From assembly GCF_009834535.1 (NCBI RefSeq), contig NC_045696.1:47494001-47558000 (forward strand): a stretch of DNA of 64,000 nucleotides, written 5' to 3'. Both the position numbers and the translations under genes were made by a program. Shown piece after piece: positions 26,160-38,538 of the stretch (within the stretch, counting starts at the first letter, position 1; each line of letters starts with the position of its first letter). A model generated the notes under the pieces. That model was not told the origin of the DNA and ran no database searches. It saw only the letters and a list, made by a program, of their open reading frames with translations. The stretch comes from Camelus ferus. Its lineage: Eukaryota.

Positions 26160-29100
26160 GTTGTGAAGTTTTCTAGCTACAAATTTAAATTCTTTAATAA
26201 ATATAAGGCTCTTCAAATTATTTCTTTGTAAGTTTGTGTCAGTTTGAGGAATTTTTTTCCACTCATCTAAGTTGTTAAATTTATTGGCATAAAGTTGTTC
26301 CAAATATTTCCATGTTATTTGTTTAATATTTGTAAAATCTGTTGTGATTTCACCTCTTTTTGATACTGATAATTCTTCATTTTCTCCCGATTTGTCTAGA
26401 GATTTATTAATTTTATTGATTTCCTAAAGAACTAGTTATTGTTCACATAATTTCTGTTATTTTTATATCTTCTGTTTCATTGCCTTGCCCTGTAATCTGT
26501 ATTATATCATTTCTTCTGCTTATTGTGTGTTTCATTTGTTCTTTTTTAGCATCTTAAGGTGGAAGCTGAGGTCATTAATATGAGACTTTTCTTGTCTAAA
26601 ATAAACTTTTAGTTTAATAAATTTCCCCTTTTAAAAATATTGTTTCGCTTTAGCTGCATACCTCAAATGTTACACCTGATCTTAGCCAAAAGGCCAAGAA
26701 GCGATACATCCCTCAAATGTTGATGCACTGAGTTTTCGTATTCATTCATTTCAAATACTTTCAATTTTCCTTTTGATTTCTTCTTTGACCCATGGGTTAT
26801 TTATAAGTGTTTTATATAGTTTCCAAATACTTGAGGATTTTCCAGATCTCTTTCTGTTATTGATTTCTAATTTAATTCCATTGCAGTCCTAGAACATATG
26901 ACCTGACCCTTTTCCATTTATTGAGCCTTCTTTTATTGGCAGAACATAGTCTATCTTGGTGGATGATGGTGTGCACCTGAAAAAAGGTGTGTATTGTTGC
27001 TGGTAGACTGTTCTGTATATGCCAATTAGGTCAATTTGGCTGATAGAACTTTTCAAGTCTTTTATATCCTCACTGATTTTGCCTACTTGTTCCATCAAGT
27101 ATTGCGAGGGGAATGTTGAAATCTCTGGCTGTGACTGCACGTTGGTCTGTTTCTCCATACCATTCTATCAGTTTTCGCTTCATGTTTTAAGCTCTGTTGT
27201 TCGGTACCTACATGTTTAGAAGCACTGTGGGTTTTCGATGAATTGATACCTTTATTGTTATGTAATGACCCTCTTTATCCTTCAATATTGTTTTCTCTGA
27301 AATCTACTTTGTCTAATATTAATAGTGTCATTCTAGTTTTCCTTTGATTAATGTTAGAATGATAAATCTTTTTATATCCTTTTTAACCTATTTACATGTT
27401 TATATTTTAAATGCATTTTTTGTAGGCAGCATACAGTTTGTTTTGCTTTTTTTCTTTAAATTCAGTCTGAAAATCTCTGTCGTTTAATTGGAGCATTTAA
27501 GCCATTTTCATTTAATGCAACACTCTTGATATATTTTTTATTTATCCCATTTGTTCTTTATTTTTTCCCTCCTTTTATGACTTCTAGATTATACCAGAAT
27601 CTTTTCTGTGATTCCATTTTATCTTTATTGTTGTATTATTAGTTATGAATCAGTGTTGTGTTATTTTAGTGATTTCTTAGGGTTTATCATAAACATCTAA
27701 CTCTTCAATCCTTTGTGTAGATCCAGGCTTCCATCTAGTATTATTACTCTTTAGCTTAAAGGACTTTCTTTAACATCTATTTTAGCTCAGGTCTGCTGGT
27801 GATGAATTCTTCAGCTTGTTTTATATTCACCTTCATTTTTGAAAAGTATTTTCTTTGGGTAAAAAATTTCAAGGTTGAGTTGACTCTATGTTTCTTTCAG
27901 TGATTTAAAGACCCTGCTCTACTCTCTTCTTAGTTGCACTGTTTCTGAAAAAAAATCTGGTGTCATGCTTGTCTTTGTCCCTTTGTGTGTTCTTATTTTT
28001 CTCTGATTTAAGATTTTCTTTATCACTGGTTTTAAGCAATATACTTTGGCGTGGTTTTTTTTTCAATGTGTTGTATTTGGAAATGCTATGCTTCTTGAAT
28101 CTGTGTGCTGATGACTAAATATTTCTTTAAATTTTTTTTATTACCTTCTTCCCCATTTCCTGATTCTTCAATTACTTCCAAATTATCCCACATTTTACTT
28201 ATCTGTTTATTTCAGTCTTTTTTTGCATGTTTCATTTTGGATAGTTTTTCTTGTTATGTCTACAAAAGTCTATTTGTCAGTAATCCCAGACAGATACTTT
28301 AAATGTCAGACAACTTAGTTTTTATCTCTATAAATTCAGTTTGGATATTTCCTTTTCGCATCTTTCATGTCTCAGATATGTTTAATCTTCTGTCTAACTT
28401 CTTGAATATATTGAATACAATTATAACAACTGTTTTAATGTTTTTATCTACTAAGTCTGTCATTTGTGTCATTCTGAGTGAGCTTCAACTGATTAATTTT
28501 TCTCATTATAGGTTGTATTTTCCTACTTCTTTAAATTCTTGCTAATTTTTTATTAGGCAGAAAATAATGTGAATTTTACTTTATTTGATGATGGGTATTT
28601 TTCTAATCCTAATATTCTTGAGTTTTGTTCTGGAAAGTGGTCAAGGTACTTGGACACAACTTGATCCTTTAGAGTCTTGCTTTTAAACTTTGTTAAACAG
28701 AACCAGAGCAGGCTCCTGCCTCAATCACAGGCTAAATTTAACTTAGGTGAAAAGATGTTCTGGCCCTCAAATTATGAGGTATTTCACTCTGGCTGTTAAA
28801 ACAAGGACTATTCCCAGCATTGTGTGAATCACAGTCACTGTTTTCTCCATTCTTTCCCATAGGTATCTCCCCAGGCTGTGGTAGTTTTCTCGCCTGCATG
28901 CACCTATCAGTATCCCACCGAATCCTCAAGGCAAATGCTTTTTACACATCTCCGGAGTTCTCTCCATAGGCAGCTTTCCCCTCTTCAGTGCTCTGCCTTC
29001 TCAGTTTCTCCTGTCCTGCAGCTTCATCCCTCAGTTCAGAAGACCAGCGGACAACACCTATTCCCCCATCTGCCTGCTCTAGGGCCTGAATGCTTTCTTC

Positions 29101-29305
29101 AGGCAATAAGATAGGGCAACAGTAGGGTTCACCTCATCTGTTTCCCATCATTCAGGGTCACTGTCCTTCATTGCCTGATGTTCAATGTCTTGAGTACCAC
29201 TGCCTCATATTTTTGTCTGGATTTTGTTTGTTTAAAGTAGAAGGGAATATATCCAAGTGAGAGGGTAAATCCAAGATGTTATTCTATCTCGAGCAGAAGC
29301 AGAAT
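26160..29305 (-). mobile_element. Old L1 (L1MC/MD-like): 5' UTR, ORF1 remnant and ORF2 endonuclease remnant
   Basis: ORF 26889..27158 encodes KISEDIKDLKSSISQIDLIGIYRT...KIDYVL (L1 ORF2 EN-like); right end gagggtaaatcc...cagaagcagaa is the reverse complement of an L1M 5' end. Confidence 0.85.
26671..26705 (-). pseudogene. 3'-truncated U2 snRNA retrocopy (nt 1-35) with TSD
   Basis: Reverse complement ATCGCTTCTTGGCCTTTTGGCTAAGATCAGGTGTA vs U2 ATCGCTTCTCGGCCTTTTGGCTAAGATCAAGTGTA (2 mismatches); flanked by CATACCTCAAATGTT / CATCCCTCAAATGTT. Confidence 0.93.
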
Positions 29306-30139
29306 GCCAAGCATCTCATACCACTTTGGTATAATTTTAAAATTATATTTTTAGTATAATTCAGTGTAATTCTATAACCTAGTCAGGGCTCTTTAATATT
29401 AATTAATAAGCTATGAATTACTGATTATCATGCAATTATTAAAAGAATACATATGGTTCACCTGTGACAGTTCTCAGGGAAGTATCATTATAAACTTTCA
29501 CATTTCAACTGAAAAAAAAATGCACAAAGGGAAATATAGAGAACAATTTTGACTAGAAAACAGATGAAGTCTAAATCTTAAGATTTTAACTGAAAATGTC
29601 TTAAGGTCCCAAAAAGTTCAACTAAAATCTCAAGAATAGGAGCAATGACTCATTTTCCTTTGGTGTTAAAGAACTTGTTTCTGGCAGAGTAAAGGCAGGA
29701 GGATTAGTTTTGAAATATGATTAAATCTCTCTCTGGGGTTTTGCTTTCAGTTGACAAAGAGAATAGACAATTTATATTAAGACATTAAAAGCAGGAAACA
29801 TCAAAATTTAGAGAAGAAATCAAAAAAGAATACAACATTTCCTTTGACAGAGATGTGCTGGTAAAGCCACCCTACCTACTCGCAGCTTCTACCACCTGAG
29901 AAGTCATAGCTGGCTGGAACAGAGGTGGGGAACTGAACCAAGACAGCCAGAGCGTGCTGTAAACCGGTCTGTAGATGGGACAGTTATGAGTGGGGCAGAG
30001 CCAAAAGGCTGTCATAAGATAAAACTGGGGCCCTTGGAAACAAGGCACAGCTGCAAGGGGCAGAAACTAAGAGTATGTACAAGAAGACGGTAGAGAATGG
30101 AGTTCAAGACTGTGTAATCAGACTAATCGGATAATCATC

Positions 30140-30360
30140 ATAACAACTATTATTTATTAAGAACTTACTAAGCGCAAGACACTGGGCTAAGTACCTACCT
30201 GCATACGTAATTTAGTCACACGAAACCCTAAAAGATAGATGCTATTATAATCATAATTTTACAGATGAGAATGTCAAGGCTGGTAAAGATTAATTCGCTT
30301 AATACTGCACAGATAAAATGCAGATGCAGGATCTGAACAAGCCGTCTAAGTCCAGAGCTG
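30140..30360 (-). mobile_element. MIR
   Basis: tatttattaagaacttacta...ttttacagatgagaatgtcaaggct. Confidence 0.75.
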
Positions 30361-30469
30361 GATCTGTAGAGAAGCGGGTCCCTTCAGTTGGTTCAAAGCA
30401 CCTTGGGCCCTATTTTCAGATTGTCCTTACACCCTATTTAGTCATAATAATCTCTCTCTACTTTAAATA

Positions 30470-30536
30470 GACTGGGTTTCTATTATTTATAATCAAAAGA
30501 CTGTGACTGGGTTTCTGTTATTTAAAATCAAAAGAG
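30470..30536. repeat. About 35-bp tandem duplication at the end of an MLT-like LTR
   Basis: gactgggtttctattatttataatcaaaaga / gactgggtttctgttatttaaaatcaaaaga. Confidence 0.8.
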
Positions 30537-31332
30537 GTGAACTAAAACAAATTGGAAAAAAAGGTATTTCTTAAAAACGTTGAAAAAGAATGAAATTTAT
30601 GATAGCCTTCACATACTAAAAGCCCCTCTAAGTTTAGGATGAATGCAAGTAGAAGTCCACTTAAATGACAGTCTGTGGCTTTCAATAAATACTAAGACAT
30701 CTACCACAACATGTTCGTATTAAAGGGCTGCACAGGGAAGTATTTTATTAATGCCACTTGCTTTTAAATGCCTTAGCCTTTCTTTATCAGTCTTTTATCA
30801 CAATATTAGGGGAAAGAAGTAAAAGTCATCACTTTGGATACTAAAGTCCTGTTCACACTTAAAAAAGACAAAACCCAAAACAAACATGCAAAAAAAAATT
30901 CCAGTGTTACAGCCAAAGTTTTGTGCCCAATTTTTGTCCTTGGGAGATAAAAATTATCTCATTTAGAATCAGAGAAAATTTTATTTAAACCAGATGGAAA
31001 GAGACTGGAATAAGAGTTTCAATCAGTACTGTCCTTGGCCACCTCTGATGTGTTGAACACATGAACACGTGTTAAGAAAGAACAACTTTTTTAACAAGGC
31101 AGTATCCATCATAAACTTGAGAGTTAGTAGACATTTGGTTTGGTTTGTTTTCACCTAAATTGATTGAGACAATAGGTGGTAGATTAATTTTTTAAATTGG
31201 TCCATGTATTGAATAATAAAAAAGTAACAAACATTTTAACTTAAAATGTATAAACATTTTAAATTAAACTTTTGATGTAGGACCAAGGTCATTTCTTGAG
31301 AAAGTCTATTATGGGAGTTCCATGCCATCTTT

Positions 31333-31396
31333 TTTTTAATAATAATTTTTTTTATTGAAGTATAGTTGATTTACAATGTTGTATTAATTTCTGGTG
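31333..31396 (-). mobile_element. Very short L1 3' end with TSD
   Basis: ttattgaagtatagttgatttacaatgttg; flanks CCATGCCATCTTT / CCATGCTATCTTT. Confidence 0.85.
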
Positions 31397-32119
31397 CCAT
31401 GCTATCTTTCTTGTATAAATCTGACTGCCCATAAAACACTGTCTATAGCTCCAGTTTTAATTTCTTTAAAGTGAAATAAGAACTTAAAAATATTTGTGAT
31501 GAAATCTAAATGCAGAATCCCTCTAGATCTTTTTTCCCCAATAGTTTTTTAGGAATTTTACCCCCCCCCCCCATCTAAACTTGCAGCGATTTTTCAGCAA
31601 GTCACATTTATCTTTTTCTTGGCAAAGCAGTGGGCTTAATTATCATACAAAAAGTCCTATCCACACCCGTATTTCATTAGAACACACAATAATTAATTAT
31701 CTTATGTAATTACAATAACAAGTAGAGCTGGCAAGTATACAGACACACATCACTGACTCTTGGACAGTGTACAACCCTGGTGGTGGAAGAAGTTCAGCAG
31801 GTTTTAAGAGTGTTATCTACTGGCCTGAGCGTTTTTCATGCTGTGGTCAGAGGTCAGTACTTTTACAGCAGGAAGGGAGGATGGCTCGCGAAAAGTGGAA
31901 GTTGGTTAACAAGTCTGCTTTACAAATCAAACATCACGAAATGAATTTTTGGAACACTGGAAGGGTCCCAAACATTCATAAAATCTTTACCACACAAGTA
32001 ATAGTAGTACCTGAAATTCTACCAATAGACTTGTAACCCTTTTTTAATTGAGCATGTTTGTGTTTTTGTAGTCTTTCTTTAAAGAACCGAGACAGAAAAA
32101 GTTACTGAGCCAGTGGGAG

Positions 32120-32980
32120 CAAATTGCCAGTAGTCCTCCAATTTTCATTCTCCCATTCATTCTTTTCTGGTACAGAATCTCGATTTTTAACTGGTGACCA
32201 AGTGGGCCTTAATATTTCCTCAGCTTGACAAACTTTAGACGGATTTCTTCCTGACTATAGTCTCCAACCTGACCTACCTTTTCCTAGAGTTTAAAATACT
32301 TGTAATTGTAAATTATTTCTCTGTAGCCTTCGAAAGATATAAAAGTTTCCTTAGGAGCCTCTTTGCAGTGTGATGACCCAGGGGATGTCTTTCTCAAGGA
32401 CCTGGGAACCATCTCTTTGAAATATAAACGTCAAGGAAGACAGTGCCCCTATTTCTCAGTTGCCTTGGGACGGTAGAAGCCTAAATTTAGTGGGTACCTC
32501 GCTCCAAGTTATAAAATTTAGCAAACACAGGTGGCCTAGGTTGACCCCACCCCAGCTCCTAAAAACCCTCCAGTCCTTTGTTTCATGGAATAGAGTTCAG
32601 TCTCCCCCTCCTATTGCAACATTCTTGAATAAAATCTTGCCTGTTTAATTTTGTTCAGCATAACTGACACTGGATGCATGGCTGCTGGAACAACGTTCCC
32701 CCTGAAGCCTGTGTGGCCTCCTTCAGTAGTCTTTCCCTCTAGCTGGAATAAAGATGTGAAGGCTCAATTTGAGCAGCCATATTCCATCACAGGATGGAAG
32801 CCATGGGCTGAAGATGGCAGAGAAACATTAGAAAGAACCTAAGTCTCTGATACAAGACACATCACTCCAACCTTAGACCAACTCTATCTAGCTTCTTTAA
32901 TATGAGAGAGAAATTTGTTTTATTTAAGCCATTATTTGGAGTTTTCTGCTACTTCCGGGTGGACCTAATCTAAACTAACA
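32120..32980 (+). mobile_element. MLT1 (MaLR) LTR interrupted by an ERV1 LTR
   Basis: gcagccatattc...gctgaagatggcagag...tttaagccatta...ttttctgctac...cctaatctaaactaaca MLT1 3' end. Confidence 0.7.
32195..32669 (+). mobile_element. ERV1-class solo LTR (MER31/MER34/MER67-like)
   Basis: TG...CA termini, 4-bp TSD CTGG, AATAAA near the 3' end, ctttctcaaggacctgggaaccatctctttgaaat motif. Confidence 0.8.
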
Positions 32981-34917
32981 CATCCACAAATATCTTAGTT
33001 TCATTTTTTAGGCAACTTTTCTCCAAGAGGAAACAAGGAGTGCTAAAACAGTGTCATTTGGGGTGAGGTGCAGTTGGCAGAATGAGATCCCTTGGTATAT
33101 ATCCCCAGACTGAATCTGTTCCACAACACTCAGAATAGTCTTCAAGATTAAAGAAAGGCCTGTTTTCAGGAAGATGAATACACATTGAAATTCCTCACAA
33201 ATTCCTTATTTTCTCTCCATTAAAGTTTAGAATAGTTTCATATGTGATTATGAAAACTACATTTGCATACAGTTATTGGTTAATGTATTTACAAATTCAG
33301 AGGAAATACAATCAAAAGAGTAAAATTATGCCTTAAGGAGATCACTGAAAAGAAAATATTTGGTAAGACATTTACAGATATTTTAAATAAATAGCAAACA
33401 ACCTGCTTTAAAAGACCAACCATTATCTCTCGATTATTTACACCTCATCCACTCTAAATCTTACTGTCATTAGGGACAGTAACACTTGCTGTATTCTTAA
33501 TTACCAAGTTGATATCAGTCTGACCTAATTCATTCAGCCCAGCTGGCCCCAGAAGACAAGGTTCCAGCAAAGGTGGAAAGCAAGTGGCCTGCGGAGTTCA
33601 GCTCTGCTCCAGTTCAGAGGGAAGCAGTGGAGACGGGAGATGGTCACATTCTAGCCAGGAGGTCTGCAGCCTCTTGTAGGGCGCTCAGGTGAGCAAGTTT
33701 CCTGTTCCTCTAGTCAGGAGTGCTGCAGAGTCCCCTGCCCTAAAAGTTTTTAAAATTTTGATTACATTAAAAACGGAATACCTGCCTGGGTCTGTTGCCA
33801 TCTTTTTGTCGATTTTTCCATTCTTGCATTCTGTGCATTCAGTGAGGACTAGCACCGTCCTCATTTGCAAAATCATAAAGTGGAAGATTAATGCTAGATG
33901 CACCTTCTTTCACTGTTAATAAGTCAAATCCTATTCATCTCTTACTTCCATTTCTGCAAATAAAAATGAGGTTGCGGGCCTGCTTTTTACTTTTTACGCT
34001 AAGTAATGCAGTTGACAGAGCCTGGCCTTAAGCACAAGTCTTCACAATTAACAAGAAGAGTCTGAAAGAAATGAAGTTACAGAAATAGAGAGCTTTCTGC
34101 ATCATAAAACAAGCTCAAACGGTCTGATTTGATAAGGTTTTGAATTGAGAACGTTCACAAGAATATAAATCTTGTCTCCCGTGCAATGAGGGGATTTGTG
34201 TGACTATTCATAACCGTTACCAATGCATACTGTTCTGTCTAGTAATATAGATTTGTCCTTGGAAGCAGCATTTGAAGAAAAGATTCTTGTAAGACTTTGA
34301 AGACTTTAGAGATTGTTGCCATGCCCTGTAATAATAACCCAAAGAAACCTGCAGTTCTGATTAGTTACCTTACCTGACCTGGTATGATTATTATAACTGT
34401 CATCTCAGTGTTGTTAGGCAATATAAATACTTGCTGTATTAGTAAGTCGTGTCAGGAAATAATCACTAGCATTTTCCAAATTCCTAACAGTCATGATCAA
34501 AAAACTTGATGTCAAAGACTGCAACTTTTCTTGTTTTAACAAGGAGATTGAGTCTACCAACTTATCAGGAATAGTAGATCACAAATATTGTGCAAATGGA
34601 GGAATCATCTACCCATATGCTGCCTACAAGTAATCTAAAACATAAAGACATAAAAGAAGATATATATAAAAGAAGGATATATAAGAAGATAAAAAGGTGA
34701 AATATATATATAGTAAGCAGATAACATAAAAGAAAGCAGACATAATGTCAGGCAAAATAGACATGAACACAGAGAGCAGTAATAAAGAGGATCACTGCAA
34801 TCAATAAAGTTAACATTTACTAAGAATATATAATGATTCTAATCAGCATGTGCCTAATTCCACATATGAAGCCAACATTGACAGAACTGCAAAGAGAAAG
34901 TATCAAAATAAGAGACT

Positions 34918-35366
34918 TCGCTGGGGAGGAATTTTTCCCCTCTGCCCTTCTAGATTCTTCTGGCTGGTGTAATAATTAAACTAAGATAGATTAACGGAAG
35001 AAAAGCCAATTTAATTTTGTACGTACAGGGTCCCCAGAGACCTGAGATCCAGAGAAGTGACCAAAGCAGGCAGCTTTTATACCTTTTAGAAGAAGAAACA
35101 GTAAATTTGTGAAGAACCGAGAAGATGGTGAAATTCAGGTCCAGGTGCTAATTAGTGAAGAACCTAAGCAGTTTGTTCTCACGGCCTTCTTGCCCTAAGT
35201 CTCTGCCTCCTGGTGCAGGGAGGCTACCCCTCACATGGCAGATGTATTTCCTGCTTTCAGGGGGGAAAAGGAGGGTCAGAGTGTCCTCCTGGCACTGGCT
35301 GTTTCTTAAATAACTTTAAAATAATCAATATGCCACATTTTGTCACGGCCTGCCCTGGGCCCCATT
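34918..35366 (-). mobile_element. ERV solo LTR nested in L1
   Basis: Abrupt GC-richer block; aagatagattaacggaagaaaagc...ccaaagcaggcagcttttatacc resembles an antisense ERV1 LTR. Confidence 0.6.
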
Positions 35367-36209
35367 GAGTTAAATACAACTTTCTCTGTAATTTATGGAA
35401 TAATACACAGAGAAATCAATAAGGATTTGGAAGATGTGGAAAATATATTTAATATTGACCCAATGCAAGACTTATAAGCTGCTGTGCTCTGGGAAACTGT
35501 TCTACCGTGAAAGGGTTACAAGTCGGCCCAGATCTTAATTCCCTCTGTCCTAGGGAACCCTGACGGTGGGCTGGGTGTCTTGAGCCTCACAGATCAGTCT
35601 CATCTGACGTCAAGTAACCTCATCCATTTACCCCAGTAAGGCATGGTATGAAAATAGTTGAGAAGAACTGAGACAATGGACTTGGATAGAAAATTATAAT
35701 TCAAAAAAAGAAAGAAAAGAAAACTAAATTCAGCAAGTGGACATTCTTTTCAAGAACACAGAGGTTTATGAACATTATTGACCACATTCTAAGCCATAAG
35801 CTGTCTCAGTATATGTCAAAGAATCAGCATTACACAAATACATTCTTTGATAATTAAGTTAAAAATGGATTTTTAAAATAAAAAATTTGTAAATTTGGAC
35901 ATTATAAAAACATATTTTTAAAAAGTCCATGGATAAAAGAATAACTAAAGTTAAAACTGAACTATAATTCCACCTACTTGTGTATTGTTACTTATAAGGA
36001 AATGTATAGTCTTAACTACTTATGTCAGAAAAAAAAATAGGCTGAAACTGAAGCATTAAATATCAACTGTAAAAAGCTGGAAATAAACATCAATAAGACT
36101 AAACAGAAATAAAATGTAAGAACAGCAATGAATTAACCAGGAAAAGAAAAGATAGAATCAACAAAGCTGAATTTATTCTTCAATAAGGCATAATACTTTG
36201 AAACTTCTA

Positions 36210-36445
36210 GAATGGTGGTCTGCAACTGAGAGCAGTTCTGCTTTCCTCCTCCCTCAGCCTTTCCCAGGGGACGTTTGTCAATATCTGAAGACAAGCTGTG
36301 ACTGGACATACAACCTGGGGTGGGGAGTGCTACTGGCATGTAGTGCAGAGAGTCCAGAGATGATGCTAAAAATCCTGCCGTGCACAGGACAGTCCACAAT
36401 AACAAGATTCATCTGACCCAAAATGTCAAAATTGACACCCTGCCT
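36210..36445 (+). mobile_element. MER20 (hAT-Charlie)
   Basis: ccaggggacgtttgtcaatatctg...gtgctactggcatgtagtg...gatgctaaaaatcct...tgcacaggacag...cccaaaatgtcaa. Confidence 0.85.
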
Positions 36446-38306
36446 AGTTGGAAGTATTAAGAACAGAGAGAAGCCACTAGTACACAATATTAGGAATGAA
36501 AAAGGGCTCATGTCCACAATTACAGAAAGATAAAGAAAGATAATTAGAATATTATTAATAACTATATGCAAAGACATTTAGACAAAATGCTTAAACTCCT
36601 AGAAAAACACAAATTACCAGAACTAAAGAAAAAACAGAAAAAGCAAAATGTTCTATAAGTGTTAAAGAAGTTGATTCAATAATTTACAATCTTCCTACTG
36701 AACACAAGTACTCTCCTACTCTGCTGGTAAAGGGTGCAATCCAATACATGGCAGAGGGCAATCTGGCAATATTTGTAAAAATTACAAATTCATTTGCTCT
36801 ATGACACAGCACTCCCATTTTGAAAAATTCATTCTTTAACTACATTAGGATGTATTTGAAATGATACGTCTATGCAGCATTTATTGCAGCATCATTTGCA
36901 ATAGCAAGAGTCTGAAAGCAACAAGAGTCTTGTTAAATGAACTTTGGTATAGCTACTACATGGAATACCATGCAGCTATAAAGAAGGATGGAGGCATGCT
37001 CTGTGCATTGATGTGAAAAGCTTTCAGGATATAGGTTAAGTGTTTTGAAAGCATAGTCTGTAATTATATAATGTATGCTACCTTCTGTGTAAGAAAGTCA
37101 AAGGTGGAGGAATAAGAATATACATATATTTGCATTTACTTGTATTTGTATAAAGAAAAATTAATACACCCACACACAGAAAAATCAAGAAATGGTGTGA
37201 ACTTGGAGAGGATTGGGAGTGTGACTTCTCATCCAGGAACAGAAAAAAGCCCTTAATTTATTTTATGAGATTATGATAATCTTGGTAACAAAAACAGATG
37301 ACAACAATGGTATAAATCCATTTCACTTAAGAGTATAGATTTTAAAAATTTTAAATAAAAAAATCTGCAATTTATTAAAAATATCTTGGCAAGAGATAGT
37401 CGGCACTTAACCACATCAAAGATCTCAATATATGAAGAAAACTCAACATTTATTCACTGAAAAAGAAACAAACGAAAACTCTCAGGAAGTTCAGTCTAGA
37501 AAATCAGGAGCCAGAGAAAGATGCCTATTATTATTGTTCCTATTCAACATGATTCTGTGAGATTCTTCTTGGCATAAGAATCAAAAGTAAATGAAGAAAT
37601 AAAATTATAATAACAAATTATTATAAACTTTAAAAAATGCCTAAGAAATTACAGAAATATTAGAATTAGTTTGTAAGAATGCCAGACATTAAAAAAAATC
37701 AATAAAAGGCAATTGCATTTTTACATACCAGTAACAGAGAATGTAATCGAAGATAGTTACTGCTTATAAATAAGTAAATAATGCCTTTATGTAAATCTAG
37801 TAGAGATATGCAAATTGAAATGAAAAATATTAAAGTTGATTTACATAAATGGAGAGAAATATCAGGTGTGGATCACAAGAGTCAATGCTATAAAGATGTC
37901 ATTTCTTCCCAAATGTACATATAGTTTCAATACAATTCCATTCAAATCCCAACAGGCTTGTTCATGAAAGTTAAAGGCTGATTCTAAAATTTATATAGAA
38001 ATGTAGAGGACCAAGAATAGCCAAAGTACTCTTGAAGGAGAATTAAACTGAGGGAAGAAGCTGGTGCTGGAAGGTGAGGGCACACCAGAAAAGTGGGGAG
38101 GGGGAGAGGGAGAAAGGAGAGACAGGAAAAGGTGGTGTTTTTTTTAAGCACAAGGGAGAACAGTGGATGTTTAGGGGGTATCTTTGAAGGGCAAACACAT
38201 GTGCCCCACTTACTCTTGGGGCCCCACATTTGGTGTTGGCTGTGAAATGTCCACAGAAGCAGGCTTTGAAACATAGACACACTGGGAGCAGTGTTAAAGG
38301 TTTCTG

Positions 38307-38538
38307 TTTGGGATTAACAGATACACACTATTATATATAAAGGCGATAAACAACAGGGACCTACTGTATGGCACAGGGAACTTTATTCAATTTCTTATAT
38401 AACATATACTGGAAAAGAATCTGAAAAATTATATATATATATATACATATGTATGTATATGTATAACTGAATTGCTTTGCTCCACAGCTGAAACTAACAT
38501 TGTAAATCAACTACATTTCAATAAGAAACCAAAGAAAG
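38307..38538 (+). mobile_element. Cetartiodactyl L1 3' end with TSD
   Basis: tttgggattaacagatacacac...cattgtaaatcaactac; flanks AAAGGTTTCTG / AAAGTTTTCTG. Confidence 0.85.

Larger units (their letters stand above)
34560..38040 (+). mobile_element. Old L1 ORF2 region, fragmented with nested insertions
   Basis: tgtcaggcaaaatagac, attgaccacattctaagccataa, aaagatgtcatttcttcccaaa...caattccattcaaatcccaacagg, ccaagaatagccaaag L1 ORF2 hallmarks. Confidence 0.8.

Noticed and set aside
26671..26705. Functional U2 snRNA gene
   Set aside because: Only the first 35 nt; no Sm site or 3' stem-loops; TSD-flanked
26889..27158. 89-aa minus ORF
   Set aside because: Decayed L1 ORF2 endonuclease remnant, not a host gene
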